From Myxococcota bacterium (GTDB taxonomy: Bacteria; Myxococcota_A; Polyangia; Polyangiales; Sandaracinaceae): DNA of 17,485 nt. The notes below the pieces were generated by a model that saw only the letters and a program-made list of their open reading frames with translations, made no database searches and was not told where the DNA came from. The number at the start of each line of letters is the position of its first letter. Position 1 is the first letter of the stretch. The stretch covers positions 1-17,485 of the forward strand of contig JAYZQJ010000176.1 in assembly GCA_036149055.1 (NCBI GenBank). Direction: 5' to 3'. Below, piece after piece: positions 15,907 to 17,485 of the stretch. The position numbers and the translations under genes were made by a program.

Positions 15907-15964
15907 CAACCTCACACGCCCCTTACGGCGCCTCCACGACGCGGCGCTATGCTCCGCGACCCCC

Positions 15965-17338
<1,374 letters not shown>

Positions 17339-17345
17339 GCTTTTT

Positions 17346-17469
17346 GGAGGGTTTGGTGCAAACCCTCCCCCCATGGGGCGAAGCGCCCATGGGGCCCCCC
17401 TCCCGACTCCGTCGGGGCCTCGCGCGCGTCGCGCGCTGGCCCCGCGACCCCAGCGACGGGGCGCTGGGG
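17346..17469. repeat. Cluster of short palindromes (REP/MITE-like element), may run past the window end
   Basis: GGAGGGTTTG/CAAACCCTCC (17346-17368), CCCCATGGG/CCCATGGGG (17369-17394), CCCGAC/GTCGGG (17402-17416), GGGGCC..GGCCCC (17414-17443), CCCCAGCG/CGCTGGGG (17448-17469). Confidence 0.55.
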
Positions 17470-17485
17470 GCCCTGCGGCTCGCGC

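Overview
A very GC-rich bacterial window. Gene content (DUF1592/DUF1552 pair, MopE-type Cys/Asp repeats, several sigma-54-like promoters) suggests a myxobacterium, but that is inference. It holds 16 complete CDSs plus the probable 3' end of one upstream gene. Minus strand: PhoD-like phosphatase, DUF4398 lipoprotein plus DUF4398-OmpA pair, V8-like serine protease lipoprotein, 185-aa hypothetical, MopE-repeat lipoprotein, DUF1328 membrane protein, 86-aa membrane protein, short AsmA/TamB-like protein. Plus strand: EcsC-like protein, YtxH protein, AI-2E transporter, a lipoprotein. Minus strand again: nicotinamidase (pncA), a Tat-exported DUF1552 protein and a diheme DUF1592-family lipoprotein. Finally L-serine dehydratase (sdaA, plus). 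No rRNA, tRNA, CRISPR or transposase was seen. Best candidate for a new system: the DUF1592 lipoprotein has an N-terminal cytochrome c and a Cys-bracketed glycogen-binding CBM48-like domain inserted inside its DUF1587-like segment; it is translationally coupled to the DUF1552 partner and preceded by a 54-bp inverted repeat that would bury its RBS and start codon. Also notable: up to six sigma-54 -24/-12 motifs across a stress/envelope gene cluster, an FPASDPP tail on PncA, a 44-bp tandem duplication and two multi-hairpin intergenic elements. All family calls come from motif recognition by eye; no searches were run.
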